Shown: piece by piece, positions 34,336 through 47,600 of the stretch
How positions within the stretch are numbered: position 1 is the stretch's first letter
How the letters are laid out: every line of letters starts with the position of its first letter
Source: Phoronis australis
Taxonomy: Eukaryota > Animalia > Phoronida
NCBI GenBank assembly: GCA_002633005.1
Contig: NMRA01000156.1
Span: forward strand, 62,001 to 126,000
Reading direction: 5' to 3'
DNA length: 64,000 bases
The notes under the pieces: model-generated
Seen by the model: only the letters and a program-made list of their open reading frames with translations
Databases searched by the model: none
What the model was told of the DNA's origin: nothing
Translations under genes and position numbers: made by a program

Positions 34336-37300
34336 CGAAACTACTGTTCAGATGGTGGGTACAGTCAGGGGATGTCCCGGGTAGGCGTACTCCTTAATTC
34401 CTACGCAGAAGAGGTCAGAACAATTCTTAAGCATTCGAGGGGTGTGAAATTTTCATGGAAACTATGTTGCCTGTTTTATACATATAAACCGGCGTAAAGT
34501 AAATCATCTTATATGTTGTATCTTGCAATTGCCCATTCTCGAGCCCACTCTCTAAAAGATGGGTGCTGCCCATTTCTGACCGTCAACAATACAGGTGCGT
34601 AACCCCCGGAATACCCCGGGTTTTAGCCCATACGCAAGAAGTGCCAGTGTCAGATACGTCAATCTATCTTACACCATACAGAATCCTATGCATTTTGATG
34701 AAGCCAATAACCTGTTGTAAAACCATGGCCCGGCCGGATATGAAACTATAGTTGCCAGGCGAGAATTCGCTTTCCATTGTAATATTGATATAGGGATGTT
34801 AAATTCGAGCAACATTTTCAACTTGAACTAAGATGCTGAAGAGTTGGCGCGATCTTCGCTGTTGTCCGTATTTTTTTCGAATGTTCGCAGTAGGCTTCAT
34901 ATCAACATTTACAAATTTAAAGGCGCAGGTGTTTGCTGATTGGCCAGTGTTCTGAAAAATGTTGTGACGGTCCTTTTATGAGAACTTTTCGAGTTGCTGA
35001 TTATCATTAGCAATGAAATTGGATGATCATACAACATCTCACCGTCGCAATCGATATTATAAAATCTGTTCATTGGTTTTACTCAAGCGCTTCACATCAT
35101 TGGGTAACGGCGGGTGCAGTGTGACCGCGTGAAAAATAACCCAAGGCCTACTTTTCAACGTAAAAAATTGATCCCGCGTCCCGGCCTTATCCGTCATTTG
35201 CAAGGCAGTTGTCGAGATCACCAGCCTGGAGAGAATCAATTAAGCTCACTGAGTCGCGAGTCTACGGGATGGAATTGTAAACTTGAGTCAACTCCAACAG
35301 TCACCTTCATTCCCGGTCCAGTGGCGTCAAGGGGGACCGCGGGGGTCGTTCAATGTGACCCTCAATTTTCGGCGCCCTCTTGCGGATCACCAGCAATTTT
35401 CCGAATTGCCCTCAAATTGTTCCCTGAGTCCCCCCTCCAATGGAAACAGTCGCCACCCCTTAACAATTTCCACGCGTCCTTGCTGAGCGGTTAAAAGTCA
35501 GAGGCACGCTCGCCCGAAACATTTGTCCCGGACCCTTTGACCCCAAACCATATGCTTTCCCAAAACTTCGATCGTTTTAGTTGATTCTACTAATCTCGGC
35601 TGCGAAATGCTCGGCTGCCCTTCGTCCTTTGAACTAACTAACAAGCAAGTTTTCAACAGCGGCGGAGTCATTTTTTTACAGACTTTAATGAGCGACCTGG
35701 GGTCATAACTCAAGTTGAAAAACGAGTCCATAGGTCCGCCCTTTTCACCTGGCAAAAAACAGAACGGTAGACTCGACCAGAACTAGGCTCCTCCAAGCCT
35801 TCCTTTTTTCAATAGCATTCTTATTAATGGTGGACAGACGTCCTGCCTTTGCACTCCCGTCAAAAATATAGGCCCTAGTAGAGTAGCCGGGACATTGCAG
35901 CTTTAAAAGTATAGTAAGACCGGCTCAGGTGAGGGGGCTCACTACCGAAAATAAGATTTTGGCTCGACTTACAAATCTGGCCTCATCTTGTTTCTATATT
36001 AGAGATGGTCTTGACTTGGGAAGAACAGTTCGTTATCACTTAAGATCGTGTTCGGCGCGCAAAATGACCATCCGCGTCACGTGTCAGACTTTCGACCCCC
36101 TCCCGGACCGACATTTATTTAATTACGGTGCAGGCGTGTTATACCGTCAAGGTCTCGTCTCTAAGGTGAATCTATTCGAAAGTCAGGCAACCATATTGTC
36201 AAGTTTATGAAGTGATTATCAAATAAGAAGTGGTGGTCTCCTAAATTGGTATTGGAAATCAACGATTTCGGAAAAGTACGGGGAATAGGCTAGGCACTTG
36301 CGTGTTTGCGGACATCGGTCATCCAAGACATATTACTGGGTTCTTCGGTGGGAGGTTCTTCGATTTTCTCACAAGACGTTAGCGCCGCCTTCAGGTCTCA
36401 TATATAATTTGCCAAATGTACTTGAAAGCAGACTACTACTACTACTATGTTTTCATCTAGGACCAATGTTTTCATAAATCAATTGAACGTTCGTGAAAGT
36501 CAAATAGGGAGTCGAGACAACTGAGCGCATTTCACCGCTGTTTTGCTGTGAATTTTGAATTCTCAACCGAAGCAATTTGGGGTTTCACACGTCCTACCTT
36601 TAAATGTTGCTGAATGAACCAGCACTAGTCACAGGCAATGCGCACATGCGCCATTTTCGAATTCGCAAATTCAGGGTAGTTGGCCGACGCCAATAAATTC
36701 TAAAGCGTTTCTTTAGACGCTGATGGTTTCGATGTTTTTTGTTGGTGTCACGGAAACGATTCCAATCACGCTAAGGGAGAGTAATAGGACCAATGCGATT
36801 TTCGTGTTTGAACCAGCTGAACAATAAAAGCGAAAATAAAATGTAGCATTAAACTGAATAATTTACAGTGCCGGAGAACAGACGACATTAAAGGGACATT
36901 GACGGTTTTTGCTGCGGCCGAAAAACGCAGTGTTCGGCGGGGGTTTTTCATTGAATAGGATTGATAGACTTCTTGAGGCTAGAAAACAACAAAATCTACC
37001 GTTTTTGTAATTTTACAAGTAATCACCAATATTCGACGTTGTCTGCCAGACCAGCATTCGCTGAAATCAAGGTCAGTGCCTTTACCATTTTAAAATAATC
37101 CGCCATTTACCGTGTGGGATTTGGCTTAGCAGTAGAGCGCTGGGTCGATCCCGCGAGGTTTATTTCTTTCAGTTAAAATTACTTTACAGAGCTGTGGTTT
37201 ACCACTGATTAGCAGCAACTGAAGTAACTGTGCGCACATCTTGAAAGTTTATTGATGTAGATAAAATGTGCTCTCGAAAGCAAACGATTCCATCGCGCAT

Positions 37301-37710
37301 CGTTCAGTAAAAACGTTTTAAAAAATATGATAGCACAGTGAATTCAATCAATTTTGCCGCGAATCATCCGCGTCAAACTAAACACGACGCAATTTCTCGG
37401 CGCTTCCAAACCCTATGCACACTCACTAAAACCGCTCCCTTCAAGGGCCATTATTGGCACGAAAAGGGGTTTCCGAGAACGGCACCAGCGCGGAACCGAA
37501 CCTGCCATCCCCTCGGTCACAGTCTAATCCTCTGGTGCTGGACTGTATTTAACTGGAAAAACGCACCGGCCATGATTTCCCCGAGTCTGGCGCTCAACGG
37601 CGAGTGTCAGAAATTTGCAATAAAATCCCCAAAACACACCGGATTTTGTTTTATGTCTCTGGACAATTAAGCGAATAATTTCTAGAATAATTCAAAAATG
37701 CGTTTTTCGA

Positions 37711-37984
37711 TAACGGACCGCCAAACACAGGTTACGGACTCATTGGCTTCCTGGGGTCAGCTGACATCATCACTTTGTCCGTGACCCGTATTTGGCGGTC
37801 CGTTAACCGTGTTTCCTCGTGAATAATGAGTCCGTGTCCCGTGTATTTGGGTGCGTGGATCGTGTTTTGTGAGTCCGTTCCAGTGTTAGTGAGTCAGTGG
37901 ACGGTGTTTGCAGGTCCGTGAGTCGTGTTCATGCGTCCGAACCCGTGTTTACGAGTCCGTTGACCGTGTAGTTTAGATACCTTG
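37711..37984. mobile_element. Partial copy of the same fold-back MITE family as 49152-49484
   Basis: Shares the core ggcttcctggggtcagctgacatc (opposite orientation) and the right arm ending gtttagataccttg. Confidence 0.85.
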
Positions 37985-38558
37985 TTGTAACACATCTCGA
38001 CTGTAGAGCAACTTCAATGGCATAATAAAAGCTCCTTGTGAAATCATCGGACCCAATAGTTCTACCAATCAATGAATAAAAATAATCTCCATAAGACTAG
38101 TTTACACAAATGGCAAGATTCAAATTGTCTAAATGGCCTGTTCAAATGGTCTCAAAATGTCTGGGGGAGAAGATTATCTGGTCCTGTACCTTCTTATGGG
38201 GACTCCCCTTGTCTTCATGGCTAACAGGATTTCTAAAGAAATAATCATCAAAATGTTGTTCTCAGACAAAGAAGGAACCAGATTCTCTGAATCAGATTTC
38301 AAGGGTAAAACTTCGGTAATCAAAGTGTCAGCTTTCAATACATCTCCAAATGCTGTGATTTGGCCTCCAAAAGTTGTAGTACCGTTACTACCGTCACCTG
38401 TACAATTATGATCAATATCACCCTCACCATCATCCCACAGGACAGATACAACACATATCCCATATTCCCTGACAAAGGTTCTAACACTCACGGAAACACG
38501 GCAAACTTCAATATGTGGTTAGTATAACAGTGACACTCTTCCTAATCGCCCCTATTAC

Positions 38559-38982
38559 CAGGGGTTTTCCGTAGATAAGCCCACCAGATGAAACGCCCAT
38601 GGGCGTTTATTCGGAAAATTATGCTAAATACACGCCCATGGGCGTTTATTTGGTGTTACAACTTGTGGTGTCAAGTGTCCAGACAGTGGGACGTTTATTT
38701 GTAAATTTTCCTCTTAAAAGCCCACTCAGCATCAACTTTTTGTCACAATTCCAGTTTTGTGGAGCACTGATTTATCATTTATAAAAACGAACAAGGTGTT
38801 GGCAAACTATGCATTTATTAACAAAAAATTAAAAACGCAGTTCTAAGTAAAAGAGTGTCAAGTCAAACAAAACTAAGGCTTTCTGTTTACACGCCCCAGG
38901 CGTTTATTCTGTGTTGCTAAAACGCCTGAAAATTTTCATTTTAAGAATACACGCCCATGGGCTAATCTATGGAAATTCCCGG
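38559..38982. mobile_element. MITE with ~25-bp TIR and palindromic subterminal repeats
   Basis: caggggttttccgtagataagccca / tgggctaatctatggaaattcccgg; TAC on both flanks; repeated ACGCCCATGGGCGT palindrome. Confidence 0.8.
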
Positions 38983-39780
38983 TACCAAGATCTCTCACAC
39001 TTGGCCTCATCACTTCGGTATGTTTCCCGTCTCAGAATTATTAGCTTGAGAAGACCTATCCGAACACTTGCCAACCTCATGTGAATTCAAGCTGTCTATG
39101 CCATACTTATTATTACTTCTCACAATAGGACACTCTCCCTCTCGGCACTACCATTGGCCACCATCACTGGTGCACTACATTCAAATGTATAACTGAACAG
39201 AAACAAGTTCAAGTCATCATGGCCTCTTCCAGCAACTGTTACATCACGCCCATCAGTTGAGGTCAATGAACCTTCCCTTAAACTATCAGAAATATTGACT
39301 GTCTTTACAGAGTAGTGTAAGTGAGAGCAAGTTACCAATGATAGCTCAGTGTCTTCCGCGGTTCTTGAATTCGCTGGGAAGAGTACTTTCAGACGAACCT
39401 TTGGCAGTCAATCCAGAACCTTCCTCACTTCTGACCACTGATGATGCAAACAATTAACTAGAGTCTACTGAATATATCACATACATGAGTTTGCATACAC
39501 TTTCCTCCGAAGGAAGGTATATTTTCTGAGGAACATGTAAAAGTCAACTCGAGATCACTCTCATAGGAGACCATCGAGACAACATCTTCAGACTTAGTTA
39601 CTTTCTCCTTTATAGGAAAAAGTATCACCAGTGAGAGTCATGGAGGTTAATCTATGACCTTCCTTCCTTCTGTCAAATGGTGGTACAGCTCTCAACAACT
39701 CATTGAACGCCAAAGCACTAACGACAACACCAACATGATTGCTTTCTCCTTCATGAAACCTTGCACTCTCATGGCAAGTA

Positions 39781-41665
39781 CTAGAAATCCACACAGTTTG
39801 CCTGGCTACTCACAGCGGCAACAACGCACAGCTGACGTGGTGTCCTCCTATCCAAGAGCTCGGAATGTTCGTGGATTTCATCATCAGCAACTACGCTCTG
39901 AGAGGAACCAACGGATGAAATTCGCAAACCTCCATGATTGCTTGCAATGGTACTGACGCTCAACTCATTTGACACTGGTGAAATTTCTGTGGTGCCAACA
40001 CAGCTGCCAACCAGGGCTCCACTATTAAGTGCGCTTTCATATGAATGAACCTGGACTGACTCAGAATCCAGCTGGATGCTTGCATGCGGGATATAGTCTA
40101 CATCAGCGGACTCTGGTGCCGTTCCTTCTGCGTTGTAACAAGAGCCATCACCAACAGCGTCCAACCAAGTATGTCCAGAGGGATCAACGGAACTGACGTC
40201 ACCACGTTCCTGACTTTTCATAACAAGAGCATTGACCGTTTCATCAGCAACTGCACAATCAATAGCGTCTCCACTCACCTCACTCGCCTGGTCATCACAG
40301 GCTTCCTTTGCAGCCCCACTCTTGTAGGGTCCCTGTTCATTATCATGGCCTACATTCTCTTTTAGTACAACGCTTTCACTGCTCAGCTCTGAACTCCCTT
40401 TTGCATTATTATCAGCAAACAGGTCACCAATTTGATCACTGGACACCAAGTCGGACGTGGCAAAGGTGTCGACGAAGCAGCCGGAACTGGACTCGTACAC
40501 AAAAATATTTTCGTGTTCCGAATGAAACAAGAGCGTGTACTCCTGCGTGTCATCACATTTCGTCAGATGTAATTTCGGTAACTTTCCACCTCCAATACGA
40601 AACAGGCTGTGCGCAAAGTCATATTCAATGTTGGCATCTAGACATTTAATTTCACTGTCAGGAATACATGGACGAATTCGTTTTCTCTTTTTCATTCTCG
40701 GCTTACTGTATGCATTGTTACTGTCCGTTTCCATCATGCTCGCCTCTATGTCTTCATCAGAGCTGTAAACAACGCAGGCTTTTTTCCTCCTCTTACGGGC
40801 AACGGGGATGCCGACACTGTCACTAGTACTCGCATAGTTTGCTTTTTTCGCTCTGTGTACCCGCCTTAGGTGTAGTACAACATCGCGTCGGTTGACAAAC
40901 ATTTTGTTACAGAGGTAACACTTGAACTCACGAGACTTCTCATGAACACATCTCACATGACGCGTCAAGTTATCCTTTGTCTTAAATGACTGTGAGCAAT
41001 CTGCACAGGAAAATATCTTTTCGTCCGAGTGTACTAACAGATGGCGCTTCAAGTTTGCTTTCTGACGAAACTCTTGACCACACATGTGGCAGGCAAAAAT
41101 GGCTCCAGTGTTCATATGCTGTTGCTCGTGACGAATGAGTCCCGTTTTCTGACGGAAAGATTTTGAACACATCCCACACTTATGGGGGTAAACGTCAGCG
41201 TGAATCTTTAAATGCTCGACCAAAACGTTCTGCGTTCGGAAAGCTTTGCCGCATTCTGCACAAGAGTACGGGCGAACATCCGTGTGCGAGCGCATATGTT
41301 GCGTCAAGTTGCTAGTGTTCGTCGAGACGAACGAGCAGAATTCACAGGCATGTGGTCGCTCATTCGTGTGAATGGCACGCTTATGCAGCACAAGACTGTT
41401 GCGGTACTTGGTAGTAAAACTGCATTCCTCGCAGCAAAATTCAACATCAGCAGAGTGTACCTTCTTGTGCATAATCATGGCCGACTTCTGACGTGTCTCG
41501 AAAGGGCAAAGGTGACACAAGTAGCTCTGTTCGCGATGGCTCTTCATGTGTGCGTTGTGAACAGCCTGCCCATTGGACACGTGATGACAAATATCGCAAG
41601 TGACAGGTTTAAGTGTCGCCGAGTGGCTGTTGGTGTGACTCTTGAGTTTCGTTTTACTTCTCGTT
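39781..41665 (-). CDS. ZNF terminal coding exon (fingers 1-10 plus acidic/Ser-rich tail)
   Basis: 643-aa ORF with tandem C2H2 fingers; acceptor ttttag at 41666; TAG stop at 39781-39783. Confidence 0.92.
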
Positions 41666-44600
41666 CTAAAAATAAAAATCAGATGAACAATGATTTTTGA
41701 TAGTCGAGACATAAAAGTAGTACAATGTTGCTAAAGACACCGTAGGAGGGTTCATGTATTTTTTGTAAATTTCGTGGTTACCACTCAGTTGAGGTCTTGC
41801 TTTACAGGGCGTTTTCCCCATTAAGGTAGATTATTAAAGGTGCTGTTGCCTATAATGTTAAACCAATCATAACACTGATGGCAAATTTCAGGTGGAAGAA
41901 ATGTATTGCCATAGGTAAACTGATTAGACTATAAAATATCGACAATTATGTGACCAGGACAAGAGGAAGTTAAAACTGCTGCCAAACTAGTGAAAGCAAT
42001 GGCATTATTTTTCTGTTTTATTGTCACCCTCAGTTTAATCTAACCATAATTTCCATGTGAATTTAAGTAGTTAAACTAAGATCACTGGCGCTGTCCCATT
42101 CATAAAACATCTGCAAAATTTCATCATCATACACCAAGGAGTTTTGGAGACACAGCAGTGGACGTCTAACAGATGCAGGATGGCTGCCAGATGGACGCAG
42201 GCCGGACGAATGCTGGACGGACGCTAGCCAGACAGATTCTGGACGGACACCAGATGAACGCCGAATAGACAGAGATGATGGCATAATGTGCTCCTTGGCA
42301 TACACACTCGCCCATAAGATACTTACGTAAAATCGCAATGTGGACAGCAGTACAGGCCAGATGACTCGAGCGCCTCAGCGACTAACTTCTTAACAAGATT
42401 CCATGGTTTTTCTGAAAAAACACAAACACACCTACATAAGTCATGATCAATGCAAACTGAAACCAGCACTGATTACCGAAGGTAATTATTCACGAAAAGA
42501 ATTCTATACCGATGCCCTTACCGGTATATATATTGTAATTATGTCATATGCCACTTAAATTCCGTGAAGGAAGTCAGATTCTGTGACTTGCATTCGTTTT
42601 CCATTATTGAGGAAAACCACGACACCTACATTATACAACAGGTACAAACTTGTTCCTGAAAATTAGAGGTGATTTCTGAACTTACCACTAGAGGACACTT
42701 AAAGCACACAACATGGCCAGCCAGGTCGAGCCTACACCTCAAGCAACAACAAGCTGTCAGCTCATCACATGCCCAGAAATCACTGTGAAACCATGTAAGC
42801 TGTCTAATTCCTAAGTTTAATGTTTTTGTCAGAAGGCAGGTTTATTGTTGCTTCGCAAAAAACACGCTAACCTGCTACATCAGATTTTTCAACGGACGAT
42901 TCGTCAATGCTTCCACTGTATGGTGTTGTGTCTTCATCTGTAACAACAGTAATACTTCTATTACTTAGAACACTCTTAATAGTTCATACATGGCCTTAAA
43001 ATGCTGTGGAAATTTTCCAACAGTTCAGACATGTGACGCCATAGGGAACAATAATTGTGCTAAAAGAAAATAGTCTGCAAACCTCTTGGCCAGATTTAAT
43101 CCAAAAATGACTTTCAAATTATTCTTACAGGCAGTTGATAAATATCATATTCCATCAAAGTAACACCACAGTGTTAAATGTTGAAATGTGATTTACGAAG
43201 AGAAGCAGGTGACTCCGCAGGGTAGCATGTAATTACCAATACATCCATGCCGTACGAGGAAAATGAGAATAATTGGTTTATTATGCTATGGAGGAGATAG
43301 TGGCCTAGTGGGATAACTACCTGCTTCCTTTACTTAAGGTGGTGGGTTAGAGTCCACAGGAGGAACACCGTTAAGACTTCTGAGACAGCTCCGCAGTTCA
43401 GTTTTGGGCGGCTCCAGGTGATCAGTGCAATGGGCCCACTTGAGTGGCCTGTGCAGGTCTGGTACGATGTGTACCACACCGCTTGCAATTATATTTTTAT
43501 TATTATGCTCCACACGAGAAGCAGGTACATTACCTTGGTCAAGAAGGTGTTTGTCCACACTCTCATTATAGGGTGCCGTATTCCCAGCTGTAAAATGAAG
43601 TAGGGTAGTTACATTATTTCCCATGAATCAAGGATGACAGTCTTAAATTCTGTAACATCTGCGAGTTTTTAAACGACTATTGACAAACTTGCAAGAGGCA
43701 CTAGTATTGAATCATCTGCTCAAACCATCGAAGTAATACGTGCAAACTACGAGACCGTGTGCAAGATCAAAAATCACAAGACCCACTAACTCGTTTGCAC
43801 TAACATATTTAAGTAATCTTCAACAAATCAGCATTTGTCACAGATATATAGTCATTATGTATATGTATATTGACGTCTATATATACAATATAGGGCTTGA
43901 TGCATGGCCAAATGCAACAATTGAACATGGCAAAATTTCTGGGACACAAGAAAGGGAAATGAGGTCCCATAAACAAGGAACATTTGTATCCAAATACGCA
44001 AAAGTCCAGGCCCACACAAACAAGGCATACTTAGAAAATTCGAACATAAAAAACAGTATATATGAATCGAAGAACTTTCCTGTGGAACACTCGCGATTTC
44101 ACCCACGCAACAGTTTAAGTCGAGGGTTACTTTGTATGCTACCATCCTAAGCAGATTCACCTTTTACTGCAAAAGGGAGAAGCAGATAATCCGGTCACAT
44201 CGTCTGTGCATGAGTAATGTACCAACCCTTCCGTATTTTGCTGAACAAATCCAACCCCCATCCGTTTACTTCCTGCAGCGTTTTGAGCGCGTGCGTGGAT
44301 GAGAGCGTGATAACTTTATGGCAACTTGGGGTTTTTTACAAGGTCCTCTGAGGTCACTAAATCCAGCCCTGAATACATAGCGATATCTTGCAAGTTTTTT
44401 TGTGACTTTGCATGTACATAAGGTTCTCGCATCGGGAAAACACACGCCAGCCCGAGTGCTTGATTCGTTTTCATTTCATGTACATCAATGAAAAACTCAA
44501 CTCCTTAAATCTAGGGAGGCGACATTTCTAGTTTCTCATTTTTGTAGTAAGTCTAGGAGAGTGCTCACATGTGTAGCACGTCTCAAACTTCCTACATATT

Positions 44601-47600
44601 ACCTTAGTTGGAAGTTGCACATCTAAGCCTGCAAGTCCAAAAGCACATGCAATCTCACAAGTATCGAAATACATAAGCTGAAAACTCACATTTTTGACTT
44701 TTTAAGGAAGCTTTTGATTTGTGCTTTGGAAATTTCTTCACAAGCGATTCACCACCCTCCTTAGCAGTAACACCCATGAAATAGTCGGTAAAAACTTTCG
44801 GCTGTCTTTGTCGGCATCCTGACAACACAATGTTCTTATCAACATTAACCTCTATGTGGCCATTACTTGACTTCAATTTTGATTTTTCATTATTCACAAC
44901 TGTCCCTTTGCTAGATTTTTCCCGAGTCGATTTGGTGCCTTTTGTCACAGCAGAGGTCGAGTCTCTTTTGTCCTCAAGAGCCCTTTTTGGCTTTGATGAC
45001 TTGATTCTCATGTTTCTGTTCGCAAAAGTGCTTGCATTAACCGAACTATCCAATTCCATAGACCCGTTTTGGTTAGTGGTCGACGAAACTACCGACACTA
45101 AATCTGAACATCCAGGATCACTCCCCACAAACCTATTTTCAGCATTTATGGGCCCAGACCTAATTGTGTTCAACAACTCGGTTTCTTTCGCAGCACTGAC
45201 TCCATTAGACGCACTACCAGTGCTCCCTGGACTCTTGGAAATAACGATATGAATCTCACTAGGTGTACGCTTCGTTTTCCGTCCAGCATACTGCACTGAT
45301 TTGACGTCGGCTTTCCTACGCTTCCGTGTTTGCTTGGCCTTGGGAGACACAAGACTGGTTTGTGAAACCTTGACTGCCTGAGGCTCGGTGGCCAAGGCAG
45401 CTTTGATAAGCTCCAGAATGTCCTGAGACATACGCTGGCTGTCATTCATATCTACAGTTTTAGTTGACTGTGTATCTGAAAGTAGTATTAACAAGCAATT
45501 TACAGAAACAATAATAATAATGTGATTGATAAACTGGTCCCATCCGACAAACTGGTATTCTCTCCATAGTCTTCAAATTTGTCAAAAATTACAGAGTATT
45601 TGTAAACAGACACGTTTCATATATTAAAATCCTTACACAACGAATAAGAATTGTAACTGAAAACCAATGAGACAAAATGGTATCCAAATGTTCTTTTAAC
45701 ACATACATTAATTGGCATCAGGTAACTTATAAGCCCAAGAGGCTGGGGATGTATTGAATAAAGAGTCTATTTATTTTTATATTGTATTCTATCACGCATC
45801 GTTATAATAAATAATAATAATGCCATGAATATTTTTTGAATTTCCAGTACACTTTCATACATAGAGGAACAAACAACTTTAGAGAATTTTGCATAAAGTT
45901 ATGATAAAGGTAACATATTTCAGTATGGCCGTAATACAATACAACACAACAAATATGGTTGAAGGAACAAAAGATCTTACAGAAGATCTTGCACGCAAAT
46001 TCCTCATCTCTGTGATCGCTTGGTCAAATTAGAATCATGACATATATTGATGGTGTGAATATGAGGGATGTTGAAAATTGCCAAATGTTTTTAAGAACGA
46101 GTTTTGCGCCGGAAATTATCTGCCTAAAATCACTCAACCGTATCCAGTAAGTATCTTGACATGGTGTTGGGGAATAACACTGCATGATGTGAGCCCCCGA
46201 GGTACGTAATTAGTGCAAAGGTCACCTATTTGCAGAATTTTTTGTTTTCACATTTGCAAGTTTTCAACAAATACAACAGCACTTTGTTTAGTGTAGATAA
46301 TGTTCACATAGCAATGCCGCTTAGTTCCTGCTATACATTTAGAAAAGTTACTAATCAGAGCATGTAAATACATCTTTAAAATGTCTTTAAACTTTGATAA
46401 AGAAAAGATATAATTTTTACTTAGTAAAAGAGAAGTGTCTATGAAACCAATTTGCATATCTTTTTCAGAAAACTGTAAATCAGTGAACAAATTTGTGCCA
46501 GTGACACCTATACTAAACTCCAACTTACCAGCTGAATGAATGGCCAAGTAATCCTGTCGTGATTCAGATGCGGGAACATATACTTCATTCGACCTAGTAT
46601 TGTTGACATGGGAATCCTCACTTGTGACAACACCTGATGAGAAAACAAACATTGCATAAACAACAAGTGACCAGAGTAGACATATCACACTGCTATTGGT
46701 TAAGGTTGCGCGTACCTCTAATTAAAATGTTGTCTTCTTGAAATAACTAGCGACTGTCACGCCATAAAAGCTGTACTATTTTCTAAAGCTGGGAGTGTAG
46801 ACAAATTTAGATGTCATTCACAAAACTGTGACATTCTTGTGCGCATGTGACATGGGTTTTCGACAACAATTTTGTTTTTTGAAAGGTAGATTGATGGGAA
46901 AAAGACCTTTTACCATCATTCATTAAACTTTCTGTATTAAAACTTTTGTAAAAAGATCAAAAACAGTGTCTGGAATTTTCTTGCCGCGATGTTCTTTGAC
47001 GTTTTCATCAGCAAACAATGTTCTGCGTTTTGTACTAATCTAAATAACACAACTGTTGATTTTAAATTCAAGTAACAGCATTTTTTATGAAATAGAAGTG
47101 CACGTAACCTTACTTCAACCAGATTTGAAATTCAAGCAGTAAAAACTATGCCACCACTCATATCAGCCACCACGATAGAACACAGCAGTTCAAATCAAAA
47201 GTTGTTTTTATGAAAAAGGTTGCAATGCCAATGGCGATTTAGTAAAGTGCAAGTGTTAACCTAAACAGGAAATACAGGAAATAATAAAAAAAAACATTTC
47301 TTTAGAAATCTCAATGCACACAAGCTTTTCAGAAACTGTGAACCAATAAAAATGTGAGTTCACACCAGGCCTTCATGCAGCGTACGTCCTGGGCGTCCAT
47401 TTGGACGCCCTAGCACTAATGTAGACGCCCTGGCAAGGACGCCCAATGTATCATTTGGACGCCCTGTCAATCAGAATTTCTCCAGTTTGGACACCCACAT
47501 TGAAAGATTACTAAGACTCCCGGTTAATCAAAGCGGGAAGTTGGCCCTTTCAACTCAGAAAGAAATATACAAAGTATTTAAAATGTTGCAATATTCAAAC

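Noticed and set aside
37711-37984. Short repeated units resembling a CRISPR array
   Set aside because: They are degenerate subterminal repeats of a MITE, with no identical repeats separated by unique spacers and no cas genes; the DNA is eukaryotic.
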